This document shows, piece after piece, positions 1 through 13,655 of a DNA stretch of 64,000 nt (its first letter is position 1; the number at the start of each line of letters is the position of its first letter). The stretch is taken from contig OZ024741.1 in NCBI GenBank assembly GCA_964016885.1, positions 288,486,001 to 288,550,000 of the forward strand, read 5' to 3'. The position numbers were made by a program, and so were the translations under genes. The notes beneath the pieces are model-generated. The model made no database searches. It was not told the DNA's origin and saw only the letters and a program-made list of their open reading frames with translations. The stretch comes from Eledone cirrhosa (taxonomy: Eukaryota).

Positions 1-277
1 GAGGCAAAAGGAGGTAGGTCAAACTAGCCACCGCTATTGCTAGCAGCAATCGGAATGACCCGGTTTGTTCTCAACGTTGGTGGAGGTAGTAGTAATATGA
101 AATACGTCCCTTCACGCACAAGGCGCCAAGGTACGCATGTATTGTCCAACTAAGTGCCAATGTGGTTCAATGGCGGGTTAATAAATTAACGAGCCAGAAC
201 AAATATAAACAAGGTTTAGTAAATAATGAAAAAGTTTCAAAATAAATTTTAAAAAATTGACTTTACCTACTATAGTT

Positions 278-361
278 ACCTTTACCGATCGGTTTCGAAT
301 CCCAAAAATAAAACGGAGACCATACGGCCTTCGTTGCAAAGAAAGATTCTCGTCAGAAGGT
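278..361 (-). ncRNA. Type-I hammerhead ribozyme motif (Penelope-like element remnant)
   Basis: Minus strand reads ACCUU-CUGACGA-GAAUCUU..(long loop)..GGGAUUC-GAAA-CCGAUCGG-UA/AAGGU. Core is intact, stems I-III pair and stem III is palindromic. Confidence 0.75.
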
Positions 362-1049
362 TCTTTTCATTCAAAGAATATAAAATTCCTGAATTTAAAT
401 CACAAACTAGCGCTATCAAAAACTGTTCCTGGGATGAGAGTGGATGATGTAGAACAGGTTTATCAAGGGCCGTAGCACACACACACTCACACTCACACAC
501 ACACATACACACACTCACGCTCACACACACTCACATACACACATATGAGTGTGTGTGAGTGTGAGTCTGTGTATGTGTGTGTGTGTGTGTGTTCAAGAAA
601 CGTGTGACTAATCACCAGGTATATTCAAGCTATTTTCAACGCTCCTACGACCAGTCTTCTTAAAATGGTGCTGCCAAAGTTATATCGACATCGATTAGTT
701 GTACAGAGGTAGGAGAGGGTTGAGGTTCTGGTGTATGGGGGATAAGTGGGAGGTTGTAATGACTGTGATAGGATTTAAAAACATGGATCGGCGATATGAG
801 TGGCTGCAATGGTTGCGGTGAGAGGTAAAGAGGCGGTATGGTAGTAGTAGTAAGTTCAAGGATGAAGTAACACATCCCCCTCCTCCCTCCCATTTCTCTC
901 TTTAGTCTCTCTCTTTCTTTCCTTCTTTCTTTTCTTTCTCCTTTTCACTCTCCATTTCCCTTCTCTCCCCCTCTCTCTACTTCTCACTCTGTCTGTCTGA
1001 CCCGTAAATGCCTGTGGAGTTGGTAATGCTGCTGATGTTGGTTATAATA

Positions 1050-1715
1050 GTGGTGGTGTTAGTGGTGGTGGAGACGATGATGGTGGTGTTAGTGGTGGTG
1101 CTGTTGGTAGTGGTGGGGAAGATGATAGCGGTGTTAGTGGTGGTGGTGGTGGTGTTAGTGGTGGTGGAGAAGATGATGGTGGTGTTAGTGGTGGTGCTGT
1201 TGGTAGTGGTGGGGAAGATGATAGCGGTGTTAGTGGTGGTGGTGGTGGTGTTATTGGTGGTGGAGACGATGATGGTGGTGTTAGTGGTGGTGCTGTTGGT
1301 AGTGGTGGGGAAGATGATAGCGGTGTTAGTGGTGGTGGTGGTGGTGTTAGTGGTGGTGGAGACGATGATGGTGGTGTTAGTGGTGGTGCTGTTGGTAGTG
1401 GTGGGGAAGATGATAGCGGTGTTAGTGGTGGTGGTGGTGGTGTTAGTGGTGGTGGAGAAGATGATGGTGGTGTTAGTGGTGGTGCTGTTGGTAGTGGTGG
1501 GGAAGATGATAGCGGTGTTAGTGGTGGTGGTGGTGGTGTTATTGGTGGTGGAGACGATGATGGTGGTGTTAGTGGTGGTGCTGTTGGTAGTGGTGGGGAA
1601 GATGATAGCGGTGTTAGTGGTGGTGGTGGTGTTAGTGGTGGTGGAGAAGATGATGGTGGTGTTAGTGGTGGTGCTGTTGGTGTGGTGGGGAAGATGATAG
1701 CGGTGTTAGTGGTGG
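1050..1715. repeat. 96-bp GTG-rich minisatellite, about 7 copies
   Basis: Marker gagacg/gagaag recurs at 1071, 1167, 1263 and onward (period 96). Variants recur in A-B-C-A-B-C-B order. Confidence 0.9.
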
Positions 1716-1984
1716 TGGAGAAGATGATGGTGGTGGTGCTAGTAGTGGTGGAGAGGATGGTGGTGGTGTTAGTAGTGGTGGTGGTGGTGGAGGGGTAGTT
1801 GTGAGGGAAATGATGATGGTGGTGTTAGTGGTGTTGATGGAAGTGGACATAATGTTGGTGGTGGTGATAGTGGTGGTGGAAGTATTGGTGGTGGAGGTGG
1901 TGGTGATGTCCGAGATGGTGATGTTTGTGGTGGAGGAGGTGATGGTGGTGGTGATGCTGATGGTGTTGATGGTGGTGATGGTAT

Positions 1985-2330
1985 CGGTGTTGGTGTTGTC
2001 GGCGGTGTTGGTGAAGGTGGTGGTATTGGTGATGGTGTTGGTGTTTTCGGTGGTGTTGGTGAAGGTGGTGGTATTGGTGATGGTGTTGGTGTTGTGGGTG
2101 GTGTTGGTGAAGGTGGTGGTATTGGTGATGGCGTTGGTGTTGTCGGCGGTGTTGGTGAAGGTGGTGGTATTAGTGATGGTGTTGGTGTTGTCGGTGGTGT
2201 TGGTGAAGGTGGTGGTATTGGTGATGGTGTTGGTGTTGTCGGCGGTGTTGGTGAAGGTGGTGGTATTGGTGATGGTGTTGGTGTTGTCGGCGGTGTTCGT
2301 GAAGGTGGTGGTACTGGTGATGGTGGTGTT
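1985..2330. repeat. 48-bp GT-rich minisatellite, about 7 copies
   Basis: Unit ggtgttgtcggcggtgttggtgaaggtggtggtattggtgatggtgtt repeated in tandem. Confidence 0.9.
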
Positions 2331-2790
2331 ATTGGTGGTGGTGTTGGTGATGGTGGTGTTGTTATTGGTGGTGGTATTGGTGATGATGAGGATGCTGATG
2401 GTGCTGTGGAAGGTGGTGGTATTGGGGATGATATTGGTGAAGGTGGTGGTTTTGGTGATTGTGGTGTTATTATTGGTGGTGGTAGTGGTGGTGGTGTGGT
2501 TTTAGTATGGGAATAGACATCACTTTAACCACCGGGGTCATTACACGGCAGACAATTGTTAGAACTACCGGTTGGCCATTGGTCCCGCCAACCTCCCACC
2601 CCCAACTATCTCCCCAAGTACTGTGTACCTACTCAACCAACACCTACCTACCTACTTACTCCACCCACCAATCTCACCTACACTCCATCATTCTCATTCT
2701 AACTCTTTCTCCTTTCTCGTTCTCTTTATAATTCTCTTTCTCTTCTCTTTCTTTTTTCTCTTCTTTCTCTCCCCCATCTTTCTCTTTCTG

Positions 2791-2876
<86 letters not shown>

Positions 2877-2955
2877 TCTCTCTCTCTCTCTCACTTCATT
2901 CGGCATTGATCCATCACTGCTAAAGTGCTTCCCTTCACCTCTTCATAATGACCCC

Positions 2956-3055
<100 letters not shown>

Positions 3056-3466
3056 ACATACGTGCATGCATTCACATTCAAATATATATACTCAAACACA
3101 TACATACAAACACACACATACATACGTAAGTTTGTATGTATGTATGTATGTATGTATGTATTTATATAGATACACACACACATATATATATATATAGACA
3201 TATATATGTATATGTATATATAAACATACGCTCACATACATATAAACATACATTATACACACACACACATATATATATATATATGTATGTGTATATATAT
3301 TTATATATAAATGTGCGCGTATATGTCTGTGTATGCACATATATACATACACACATAAAAACACACACATATATAAAAATATATATATATAGGTGTGTGT
3401 GTATTTCATATTGAATTTTTGAATTTTACTACATATACATAGACACACACACACGCACACACGCAC

Positions 3467-3505
<39 letters not shown>

Positions 3506-3849
3506 ACACATATGTCATATATGCGTACACATATGTCTATAAATCCTGTCATACACATGAACACATACATACTCACTCATACATGCACACATACATACGT
3601 ATACACGTACATATATACTTACGTACGTGCATATACACAATATATATACATATATACACATATATATACTTACGTATATATAAGACACATACACTTAACG
3701 TTGAAACCTCGTTCAGTAACACTGGGAGAGCTCTAAGATAAATGGCTTGTGTGTATGTACATCCGTGTGTATGTATTCCTGTGCGTTTGTATGTTTATGT
3801 GTATTTGAGTACGTGTGAGTATGTGTGCGTGTATGTGTATGTGTGTTTG

Positions 3850-4135
3850 TGTGTATTAGTATGTGTGTGTGAGTGTGTGTGATTGTGTGTGTGTATGCGT
3901 GTGATTATGTGTGTGTGTGTGTATTAGTATGTGTGTGTGAGTGTGTGTGTGATTGTGTGTGTGTGTATGCGTGTGATTATGTGTGTGTGTGTGTATTAGT
4001 ATTTGTGTGCGAGTGTGTGTGATTGTGTGTGTGTGTATGCGTGTGATTATGTGCGTGTGTGTGTATTAGTATTTGTGTGTGAGTGTGTGTGATTGTGTGT
4101 GTGTGTGTATGCGTGTGATTATGTGTGTGTGTGAT
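3850..4135. repeat. About 70-bp minisatellite built from (GT)n, 4 copies
   Basis: gtgtattagtat..gagtgtgt..gattgtgt..atgcgtgtgattat repeated four times. Confidence 0.8.
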
Positions 4136-4839
4136 TTTGTGTGTGCGTGCGTGTGTGATTGTGTGTGCGCGTGTATGTGTGTGAGTGTTTGTGTATGTGT
4201 GTTTGTATGTATCAGTACGTGTGTGTGTGTGGGGGGGGGGTGTTAGTATATGTGTGTGTGAGTGTGTATGTATTAGTATGTGTGAGTGTCTGTATGTGTG
4301 TGATCGTGTGTGTATGTATGTGTGTGAGTGTATGAGTGTGTTTGTGTACGTGTGTGTGTGTGAGAAAGTTTAAAGGTAAAAGTCTTAAAGGCTGTGTCTC
4401 TAATACAACTGCTCATTTGCTTGGTCTAAACATCGTGATATAAAACATTGTGCCAACATGGCCGACGGCAATCCATATATCTAAATTTTGCGCACAGAGC
4501 GCTGAAATTTATAGCGACGCCATTATCCGTAGGACAAAAACGCTTTTTCATGTCAGGAGAGCGAACGGCCCACCCGCTTGCGATTGGACACGGCCGGTCT
4601 ACTTGCTTTTAATTATAAACACGCATCGCGCCTTTCTATCGATTAACTAAAGATATTGACTGCTGTTAGACACTCGAAATATTAATTCTACCTTCAAGAC
4701 CAGCTCTCAGTCTGGCAATGCAACCGCAAACGCCAAGTCTTACTAGACTTGAATCTCTCACCAGAAATCGATGTAATTTCCCACTTTTTTCTTTTCTTTC
4801 CTTTTCTCCATTTTATTCTTCTTATTCTTGCTCGACTTT

Positions 4840-4842
4840 CCT

Positions 4843-4885
<43 letters not shown>

Positions 4886-4938
4886 GTCTGTCTTCCTTTC
4901 TTTCTCCCTTTCTTTCTTTCTTTCCTTCTTTCTTTCCT

Positions 4939-4981
<43 letters not shown>

Positions 4982-5067
4982 CTCTTTCTTTCTTTCTTTC
5001 TCCCCCTCTCTCTTTCTTTCTTTCTTTCTCCCCCTCTCTCTTTCTTTCTTTCTTTCTTTCTTTCTTT

Positions 5068-5117
<50 letters not shown>

Positions 5118-5145
5118 TTTCTTTCTTTCGTTCTTTCTTTCTTTC
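4840..5145. repeat. (TTTC)n microsatellite tract
   Basis: Direct inspection. Confidence 0.95.
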
Positions 5146-5351
5146 GATGTTAACATCCAACTAACTATCTATCTAACTACACATCTGCCAATCTATCTGC
5201 CCATCTAATCATCTATCTGTCAGTCTGTCTGTCTGTGTGTCTGTCAGTCAGTTTCTTACTGTGTTTGTGTGTCTGTATGTCTGTTTCTCTGTTTATCCGT
5301 CGGTCTGCATATCACCCTCACTATACATCTGCCTATCCATTATTCCATTTA

Positions 5352-5471
<120 letters not shown>

Positions 5472-6139
5472 TATCTATCCACACACACACACACACGCAC
5501 GCACACACATACATACACACACACTCTCCACACATGCGCGTGTGTATTTATTCATCATTTGTTTTCAAGGCGACAAATACGCCACCTCTTAGATAACAAC
5601 AGGGCTTCTTAAAGAACATCCAAATCGGAAGATGTAGCCACGCGGGTGACTGGAAAATGGTGACTCTGTCCGTATGTACTACAGTTGCCGTATGCTCCAC
5701 GAACGAGTAAATTATTTCATCATCATTGCAAAAATCTAATCCTGACAACAAAATATCCTCTGTGAATTTGTGGTTCCAAGAAGTTTGAGTCCTGACTTAC
5801 ACAGGACTTAGTTTACAATAAAATGAGAGCCACACTGGATCCGTTGTCTCCTGGGATAGTAGCAATTAGCATTGAGACAAATAGAAGAATGCCAGGGATG
5901 CATCGGGGTGGCCAGTGTGATTTACGGGTCTGATAAAGGATTTGAGGTCGAGTCCTGTATTGACGTAGCTGGAATTCTTTTTTCTGCCCGTTGAATCTTC
6001 AAATGCGCAGGAGAGACAAGCCCTTGATATGTACATTATATATATACATTATTATTTGATACCAAACCAACTGAAAGCGGCCCTAGGTCTATGTTATAAT
6101 ACCTTTTGTTTTAAGTGTTTATTTGAAAACCCTGACGGT

Positions 6140-6330
6140 TTGAAAATCAGACAAATGCTTAGATATATCAGTCTAAGCTCTTTAGTTTCTCAGTTTAAAT
6201 GTCGCCGAGGTCAACTTCACCTTTTCTTTCTGGGGTCTATAAAATAAAGTACGATTTAAGTACTGGCGTTAATATAATAAACATTCCATTCCCCACAAAT
6301 TGTTGGCTTTGTGACTAAATTAGAAATCAT
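6140..6330 (+). mobile_element. tRNA-derived SINE (Meta/MESC-like central domain), degenerate
   Basis: gccgaggtcaacttcaccttttctttctggggtctataaaataaagtac...aaattagaaat matches the family consensus seen many times in this window. Confidence 0.7.
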
Positions 6331-6499
6331 ATTTTATCTGAAATCATTCCATCATAATTTTATGTAAGAACCTGTAAGATTTCAAGCACGAGATATATGA
6401 TAAGAAAGCTACTTATATTTCTAAACCTCTCAAAATTCTTGAATATTTTCAAAATGATTTGAAAATCATAGACAGTGTCTTTCATCATTATCTTCATAT

Positions 6500-6870
6500 A
6501 ATCCAGGTTTTCATATGCAGGACACAATTAGAGGTGGGTCCTACCTGACAGCGCCCCTTAGCGTCCTGCTCCATGTCTTTCTGTTCGCCGGTCTCTCATG
6601 GACAGAGTCAAGCCTAGCTTGATCCTAACGGACATCCTCCATCCAAATTCTTTTTGGTCCTCCTGGGCCTCTACTGCTTCCTGGATCAACATTCATCCTT
6701 TTGCTGAGCCAGCCCTCACTGCGCTCAACATGGCCGTACTAGCGCATGCGTCTCATGTGAAGAACATCCTCGAGGTCATCCATCAGCAGTATTTTCAGGA
6801 GCTCAGTTGCGCTGACATCGTCCTCAGTGGTCACACCGCACATCCAGGGATCATACCTCTGCCATTTCTT
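6500..6870 (-). mobile_element. RTE-clade LINE 3' end, degenerate
   Basis: Minus-strand translation WMCGVT...RRMR*YGHVER...RGPGGPKRIWMEDVR...RKTWSR matches the RTE ORF2 C-terminus and contains stops. Confidence 0.8.
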
Positions 6871-7065
6871 TCATTATAAATACGGTAAAGAACGGGTTAA
6901 ATTTTTTGAATAATTATCTAAAAATCTTTCATCATAATTTAATGTAAAAACCTTTATTGAGTTAAATTATAAATACCAGATAATTAATAATAATGTCCTT
7001 GTGCCTAAAGTAGAAACAATTATTAAATCCTTTCAAATTCTTGATTATATATATATATATATATA

Positions 7066-7179
7066 TATATTGTTATCCTTTGGGAGGGTCATTGGCAACA
7101 TGACCCTCCCAAAGTATAACAATATCGGTTTCAACACACGTTTTCAGATAAAGAATCTTGCTAAACAAATTCAGAAACG

Positions 7180-7182
<3 letters not shown>
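7066..7182. mobile_element. Mini fold-back element, same family as 21077-21611
   Basis: About 27-bp arms (7066-7092 and 7100-7125) plus a tail atcggtttcaacacacg...cagaaacgaaat shared with 21555-21611; flanked by (TA)n. Confidence 0.8.
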
Positions 7183-7277
<95 letters not shown>

Positions 7278-7985
7278 TATTCAAAATATTAACAAAATCC
7301 TATCTATAATGTTTTTACTAATTATTCCGAGATCTGATTTCGAAGGTGCAATAAGTCTAACAGGTAAGTCTTCTTCAAAATTACATTTATGGTCTTTAAA
7401 ATTTATCCGTGGTTGCTTTGGTATGAAGGGTTCGGTTTTCCGCTCTTTTCCGAGATTAGTGATAATTACATGCCATTGGCTAATTTTCAACCAATCAGAG
7501 TAAGTGTTGCTCAAAAGCATCCGCCATGTTTTTTTGTTTGTTTTCCTACTTCATTTATTTTTGTTATTTCGACGTTATATGATTTTTTAAAATTTATATT
7601 AACTATTTTTAAAACAAATGTAATATATTGACGTTAGGGTTAGGGTTAGGCTGTCAATAGATAAGATGAAAGTCTATCGTAAAAGTTTGTACAAATATTT
7701 TTAAATTTATCGTTTGTACAAAACGATTCTAAATTTTTGTTTGTAAAAAATGTTTAAACACTTAAAAATAGCGCATATTCATGTTCTGTAATGTCCCATT
7801 TTTGTGTGCCCTTGTGCCAAATAAAGAAATATATCTTTGTATGTTGTTCCTCTTTATATATTGCAATCGAGTATAGGCAGAGTTCCGATTATAATACAAA
7901 CTGCACTTTGTTTGTAAATATTTGTAAAAATAATTTTTCTAAAAACATTGTAAAACTTTATGTCACACGCGTTTAAAAATCTTTG

Positions 7986-8019
<34 letters not shown>

Positions 8020-8034
<15 letters not shown>

Positions 8035-8110
8035 TGAGGTTGTCTGTCTGTCTGTCTCTCTACTAAAACGGTCGCCACACATCTAAACTTATAGATTAAG
8101 CTCCAGCGGA
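8020..8110 (+). mobile_element. Helitron 5' terminus fragment
   Basis: tatatataaaactgaggttgtctgtctgtc matches the 5' end of the element at 46386. Confidence 0.55.
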
Positions 8111-8604
8111 GAGATCGGTAAAAAAATATTTCAAATCGAATCTGTAATATTGATGTTTCAGTTAAAATGTATAAATACAGTTTAGAGACGAGTTATTTCC
8201 CTTTAATGCAACGTGAGCAGACGATAAATTATTGAAAAGGGGCAAATTTTCACTATCACACATTTGCATTATTGTCAGTATTAACTTTGCCTTTCATCTT
8301 TACGGGGTCGATAAAATAAAGATATAGACTGATAATTGCAATTATATGTAAATATTTTATTTTTATATTGTTTATTTATTTTATGTTTTCTATTATGTAT
8401 AATATATTGATTTAATATTGATTGTTTTTTGTTGTTGTTTATATTAAAAGTCTGAAAATATTTTTATACATCTTACACTAATATTTATAAGATCATTTAT
8501 AATAACAATTATATAATCTAATTACATTACAACGATAATTTATTATTAATATATATCATGTTTAACTTGAGTTATTACAAGCGTTGCCTTAAAAAATATT
8601 AAAC

Positions 8605-9787
8605 TAGACATGAAAAATGCGCAAGCTCAAAAGAGCAACAGAATGTTATAATAAACCTTCAAAAGTGTGGGACTAGAGTTGTTACTCAAAAATATTGTAA
8701 TCATTATCTATCGTACATCTGTGGCATCCTTTATAAAAATATCACAATAAATACATCTATGTTTAATGTAATAACATCTATAAATAATTAGTCTCTTTTT
8801 TATAAAATCTGTGGCATCCTTTATAAAAATATCACAATAAATACATCTATGTTTAATGTAATAACATCTATAAATAATTAGTCTCTTTTTTATAAAATCT
8901 GTGGCATCCTTTTATAAAAAAGAGACTCATATGGAACTCAAGACGACACGATAATTAATTAAGTGAATTTATAATATAGAATTCGGTTTAAGTGCATTTC
9001 GTATTAATCATTACTAAACATCTAATATGAGATATTGGACATTAGCTTAAACCAACCATGCCTTTCTTTTTACACTATTTCACTTAGTTCATTCTTAGAG
9101 TGTAACATAAAAATATGATTTACAACTATAAAATAAATAAATTAATATAATTACAGGGCTGCGGAGCCGAAGTTTAGGAAATAATGGAGTATCGGATCCG
9201 GAGGTGGAGCCAGTCAATTTTTGGCCGACTCCGCAACCCTGTATAATACATTTCATATTAAAGATATTAATAAACCTATTTTACACTGCATGCAAATTAC
9301 CATGAGATCATGATGTTAGATATAAGATACAGCCGAATATCTACATCTGTAAAAGGACGAAAGCGAAGTAATGATAAATGACTTAAGGTAATTCCAATAT
9401 GAAAATTTGCAGTGATAAAACTTTGATGATACAATAGGATTGTTAATGTTATAGTTCGATGAAAATGTAACAATATATAACTAAATTATTTTAATATTAG
9501 TATATTTATAAAATTATCATTATAGATTTGATCGTTCATATAAGCATCATATTAATTTTCAACACAATTATTTTGTTACTATGAGTATATGATAATAATA
9601 TTACGTAATTATTTATAGATGTTATTACATTAAACATAGATGTATTTATTGTGATATTTTTATAAAGGATGCCACAGATGTACGATAGATAATGATTACA
9701 ATATTTTTGAGTAACAACTCTAGTCCCACACTTTTGAAGGTTTATTATAACATTCTGTGGCTCTTTTGAACTTGCACATTTTTCATG

Positions 9788-9791
<4 letters not shown>
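8605..9791. mobile_element. AT-rich fold-back element with about 185-bp inverted repeats
   Basis: 8605-8790 is the near-exact reverse complement of 9606-9791. There is also an 89-bp tandem duplication at about 8717-8895. Confidence 0.75.
9154..9241. mobile_element. Tiny hAT-type MITE
   Basis: TIRs cagggctgcggagccg / cgactccgcaaccctg; imperfect 8-bp TSD tataatta/tataatac. Confidence 0.65.
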
Positions 9792-9843
<52 letters not shown>

Positions 9844-10065
9844 ACTCCAAAAACTTGTCGAGTGCTTTATATCAGTTATAAAATATTTACTTGTTGTATC
9901 CCAACAATTTTAAATAGAACTTTTGCATATATATATATATATATATAAACGGAAAAATGAAACGAAATTTCATTTCCCACTCTTAGTACGGCTGTTACTT
10001 AATATATATATATATATAATATATATATATAATATATATATATAATGTATATATATAGAGATATA

Positions 10066-10316
10066 GTGGTGGAACACTGGAAGGTAATATCCGTAGTGGT
10101 AGACCACTCAGTCCAAGGGACGAGTTAGGTAGAAGTGGTTACACAACAGTTAGTTCACCATACCGACCCGCACGGAAGTGACCGAGTTTCTGCGCATGCG
10201 CGTTCGTACGGTTGTCCTTCCTGTTCCTATAACCATACACATCCCGAGTTGAAGATCCGCGAAGGTGAAACACTTGTTCTCGGTATGGTGAACTAACTGT
10301 TTTGTAACCACTTCTT
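10066..10316. mobile_element. Penelope-like mini-element with inverted arms and a hammerhead variant at 10244-10283 (+)
   Basis: Same family as 47971-48362. Reads CCGAG-UUGAAGA-UCCGCGAAGGU-GAAA-CACUUGUU/CUCGG, with core C3 changed to U. Confidence 0.7.
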
Positions 10317-10420
10317 TATATATTACTCTTTTACCTGTTTCAGCCATCCGGCTGATATATATATATATATTTTTTTTTCAGGGTATGTCAATATTTATTT
10401 ATAAAACTAATCTGTATTAT

Positions 10421-10484
10421 ATTTTATCTGATGAAAGCGCACCATAATCTGCCTTGGTGGCCCTTGAAATATGTATAATAAAAT
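10421..10484 (+). ncRNA. Type-I hammerhead ribozyme motif
   Basis: AUUUUAU-CUGAUGA-AAG.GCACCA..UGGUGGC.CUU-GAAA-UAUGUAUA/AUAAAAU; 7-bp stem I and intact core. Confidence 0.75.
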
Positions 10485-10655
10485 AAATATGGTTTTATAA
10501 ATATAGTTTCCATTTGTTAATATATTGTATATTTGTTGAGTGCTTCATATCAGTTATAAAAATATTTTAGCTTGTTGTATCCCAACAAATTAAATATAAC
10601 CTCTACACACACACATATATATATATATATATATCTACATATATATATATACATA

Positions 10656-10700
<45 letters not shown>

Positions 10701-10732
10701 GAAAAAAACTGTTTTGTTCCCGAATAAATTTG

Positions 10733-10777
<45 letters not shown>

Positions 10778-10825
10778 TAAATACAATGATGTATTTTCCA
10801 AATTTCCGCAAGACACATCAATTCC

Positions 10826-10860
<35 letters not shown>

Positions 10861-10882
10861 GTGTGTGTGTGTGTGTGTGTGA

Positions 10883-11004
<122 letters not shown>

Positions 11005-11533
11005 AGGAATGGATATATTGCGGAAATTTGGAAAATACAACTTTGTGCAAAGCGATTAGGGAAAGGAAAACAACAGAAAAAAGCCTAAAACAGATTTTTG
11101 TGCGATAAGGTATGAAATAATGTATATTATGTAGATCTATATCAAAGCATTTACTGCAAAACAAAGACACACACACAGACGCAGACGCGCACACACATAC
11201 AAACACACGCATACACACACACACACACACACACACATTATATACATGCATATATATATATATATATATATATGCGTGTGTGTGTATGTGTATGTGTATA
11301 TATATATATATATATATATTTGCAGTCCCACCAATATGGCTTTAAGCATATGGGTGTATATATGAAATCATATATACTTTCATAAACAACCTTATTATGC
11401 GTAACGAAACATCCTGTCCTAACACAAGTTATAAGATACATATAACTTAATATTCAGTCACCAAATTCAAAATAGATACAGTAATGCTGTATTCGATTAT
11501 TTGAAGTCACCTGTCATAATTTCATTCAACAAC

Positions 11534-11584
<51 letters not shown>

Positions 11585-11592
<8 letters not shown>

Positions 11593-12109
11593 TCTCTCTC
11601 ACAACCACTATCTGCGGTTGTATTGTCAGGTTCTTCCTGAACTCGTTTGCCCCAGGTTGATCAGTACTAAATAAACTGTGAAGTTCCTGGGGTAAAGGCT
11701 GGAGATTCCCCAACCTGACTTTTCCATTCATACAGCAAAAGTTAGCAGTTTCACCATGAAAAAGCATTGCATGACAACAGACACAGATCTTATTCATCTG
11801 TCCAACATCAGCAGAGAGGTCACGTCGTTGAACTGTCCTTGCTCTATCCCTAATGGTTTGTTGGCAAAGACGTTCAGTTCTCCGAGCGTCCGATTCATGA
11901 TCTCTCCTGCTTCTGTCTCTTTCCCTCTGTTCCGCCAGACGCGCAGCCCTTGCTTTATCAGTCTCATCGATCCTTCTATTCGCATGCCTGTCCTGATCTT
12001 GTTGGCGTTGACCACTATCTTGCTCACCTTCTTCGGCTTTCCTTAGCCGTGCTTTCTTTCCACTATCGATAGACCAACCGGATGTTTTCTTTCTTCCTCG
12101 TCGTGGCAT
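11585..12109 (-). pseudogene. Helitron Rep/helicase N-terminal fragment (charged R/E repeats and Zn-finger-like motif)
   Basis: ETDKARAARLAEQRER-type repeats, then CxxC..A..F..E....CC..GKVRL...P..L..LF......EFRKN. The ORF is cut by a (CT)n tract. Confidence 0.85.
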
Positions 12110-13655
12110 TATTTAAGAATCGAAAATCGTATTCACCTTAGAAAAAATTCCTATTACCTCAACAAATATTTTTTTTAAATCATCATTTAGAAATATTTCT
12201 AAATAATGAAAATATTGTCTGTTTAAACAACTCGTATTTTTCAAATCATATTCACTTAAAAAATACTTATTAATAATTAAAATATTCTGTTTAAAGAAAG
12301 CTGATATATATATACTCAGTGTACAAATAATTTGTATTTTTTAAGTCATTTTCACTTAAGAATATTTTTTAAATATGCCAAGAAATATTTTTTCCATCGT
12401 ATTCACTTGAAAATAATTTTTAAAAAAATGAAGATATTGTCTATGTAAATAAAGCTACTTATGAAATCAAATTCACTTTAAAATATTTCTAAATAATTGA
12501 AATATTCTTTTTAACAAAAGCAAAAATATAAACACCTACTGTTTAAAACCAACTGGTATTTTTCAGTCATATTCACTTAATGCTTTTCTGATAATTAAAA
12601 TATCATCTGTTTAAAGAAAGCTCAAATATACTTGAAGTACAAACAACTTGTTTTGAAATCATATTCACTGAGAAATCACTGAAAAATCTTGTTTTATCCC
12701 CATTTCAGGGTTATATCACTTACAGGGCTATTTTCCCATTATGCACTGTTTTGGCTATTTACGAAGGTATCCTACACACACACACACACACACAAATATA
12801 TAGATATATATGTCTCTAACTTAAGTACTGTTACACACACACATACACACACACACACATATCTCTAAGTACGTAAACACATGCACTGGCACACATACAC
12901 ATACACACGGTGGCAGTAGAACTGTGAAAGAGAGAGAAAGAAATAACGTTATGGGTGGGGTGGGGGGTAAAAATAAATAAAAGTTAAGGACGCTGTCTCT
13001 TTCCCTATCTGTCATCCACCCTCTCTCTCTCATCTCTTTCTCTCTCTCACCCCCTCACTCTCTCTCTTTCACCCTCACTCTCTTTCTCTCTCCCATCCCC
13101 TCACTCTCTCTATTTCTCTCTCTCACCCTCACTCTCTTTCTCTCTCTCACCCTCGCTCTTTCTTTCTCTCTCTCATCCCCCCTCTCTCTCTCTTTCGCTC
13201 TTTCACCCTCTCTCTGTCTCTCTTACCTACAGAATGGACAACCAAAAAACAAATGGATTATTTCTTTCGATATTCATTATAAAATAAGATAAATTGAATT
13301 TAGATGAATTCCTTTAAAATATTGTCTATGTGCGATTTACGCCAAACTTGTTTTATTCAGAGTATTTTCTCATTATGCAATGTTTTGGCTATTTACGAAG
13401 TTTTGCAGGGTTATGTTAATTTCGAGGTATTTTCCCAGTATGCACCGTTGTGGCTATTTACGAAGGTACCCCCAAAACCTGCAAATCTCGGGAACCCGGG
13501 GTCAGATTTTCGCGAAACTTGTTTTATTTAATTTGTATTCCCATTTCAGAGGCAACTTGCTTTCAAAGTATTTACCCATTATGCGCCTTTTTGGCTGTAT
13601 TACATAACAGACAAGCAAGCAAGCACGCAAGATCAGAGTTTTACTAGTATATAGA
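11600..13655 (-). mobile_element. Helitron, 5' portion (3'-truncated)
   Basis: Minus-strand 5' end TCTATATACTAGTAAAA...cttgtctgtt at about 13655, AT-rich subrepeats (catattcactt) at 12130-12670, then the Rep N-terminus ORF. Confidence 0.75.

Noticed and set aside
1008-2516. Long Val-rich and Gly-rich ORFs (or Pro/Thr mucin-like on the minus strand)
   Set aside because: They are read-throughs of 96-bp and 48-bp GTG minisatellites, with no unique domain or splice evidence.
7634-7650. Telomere or chromosome fusion site
   Set aside because: Fewer than three full TTAGGG units inside a probable repeat element.
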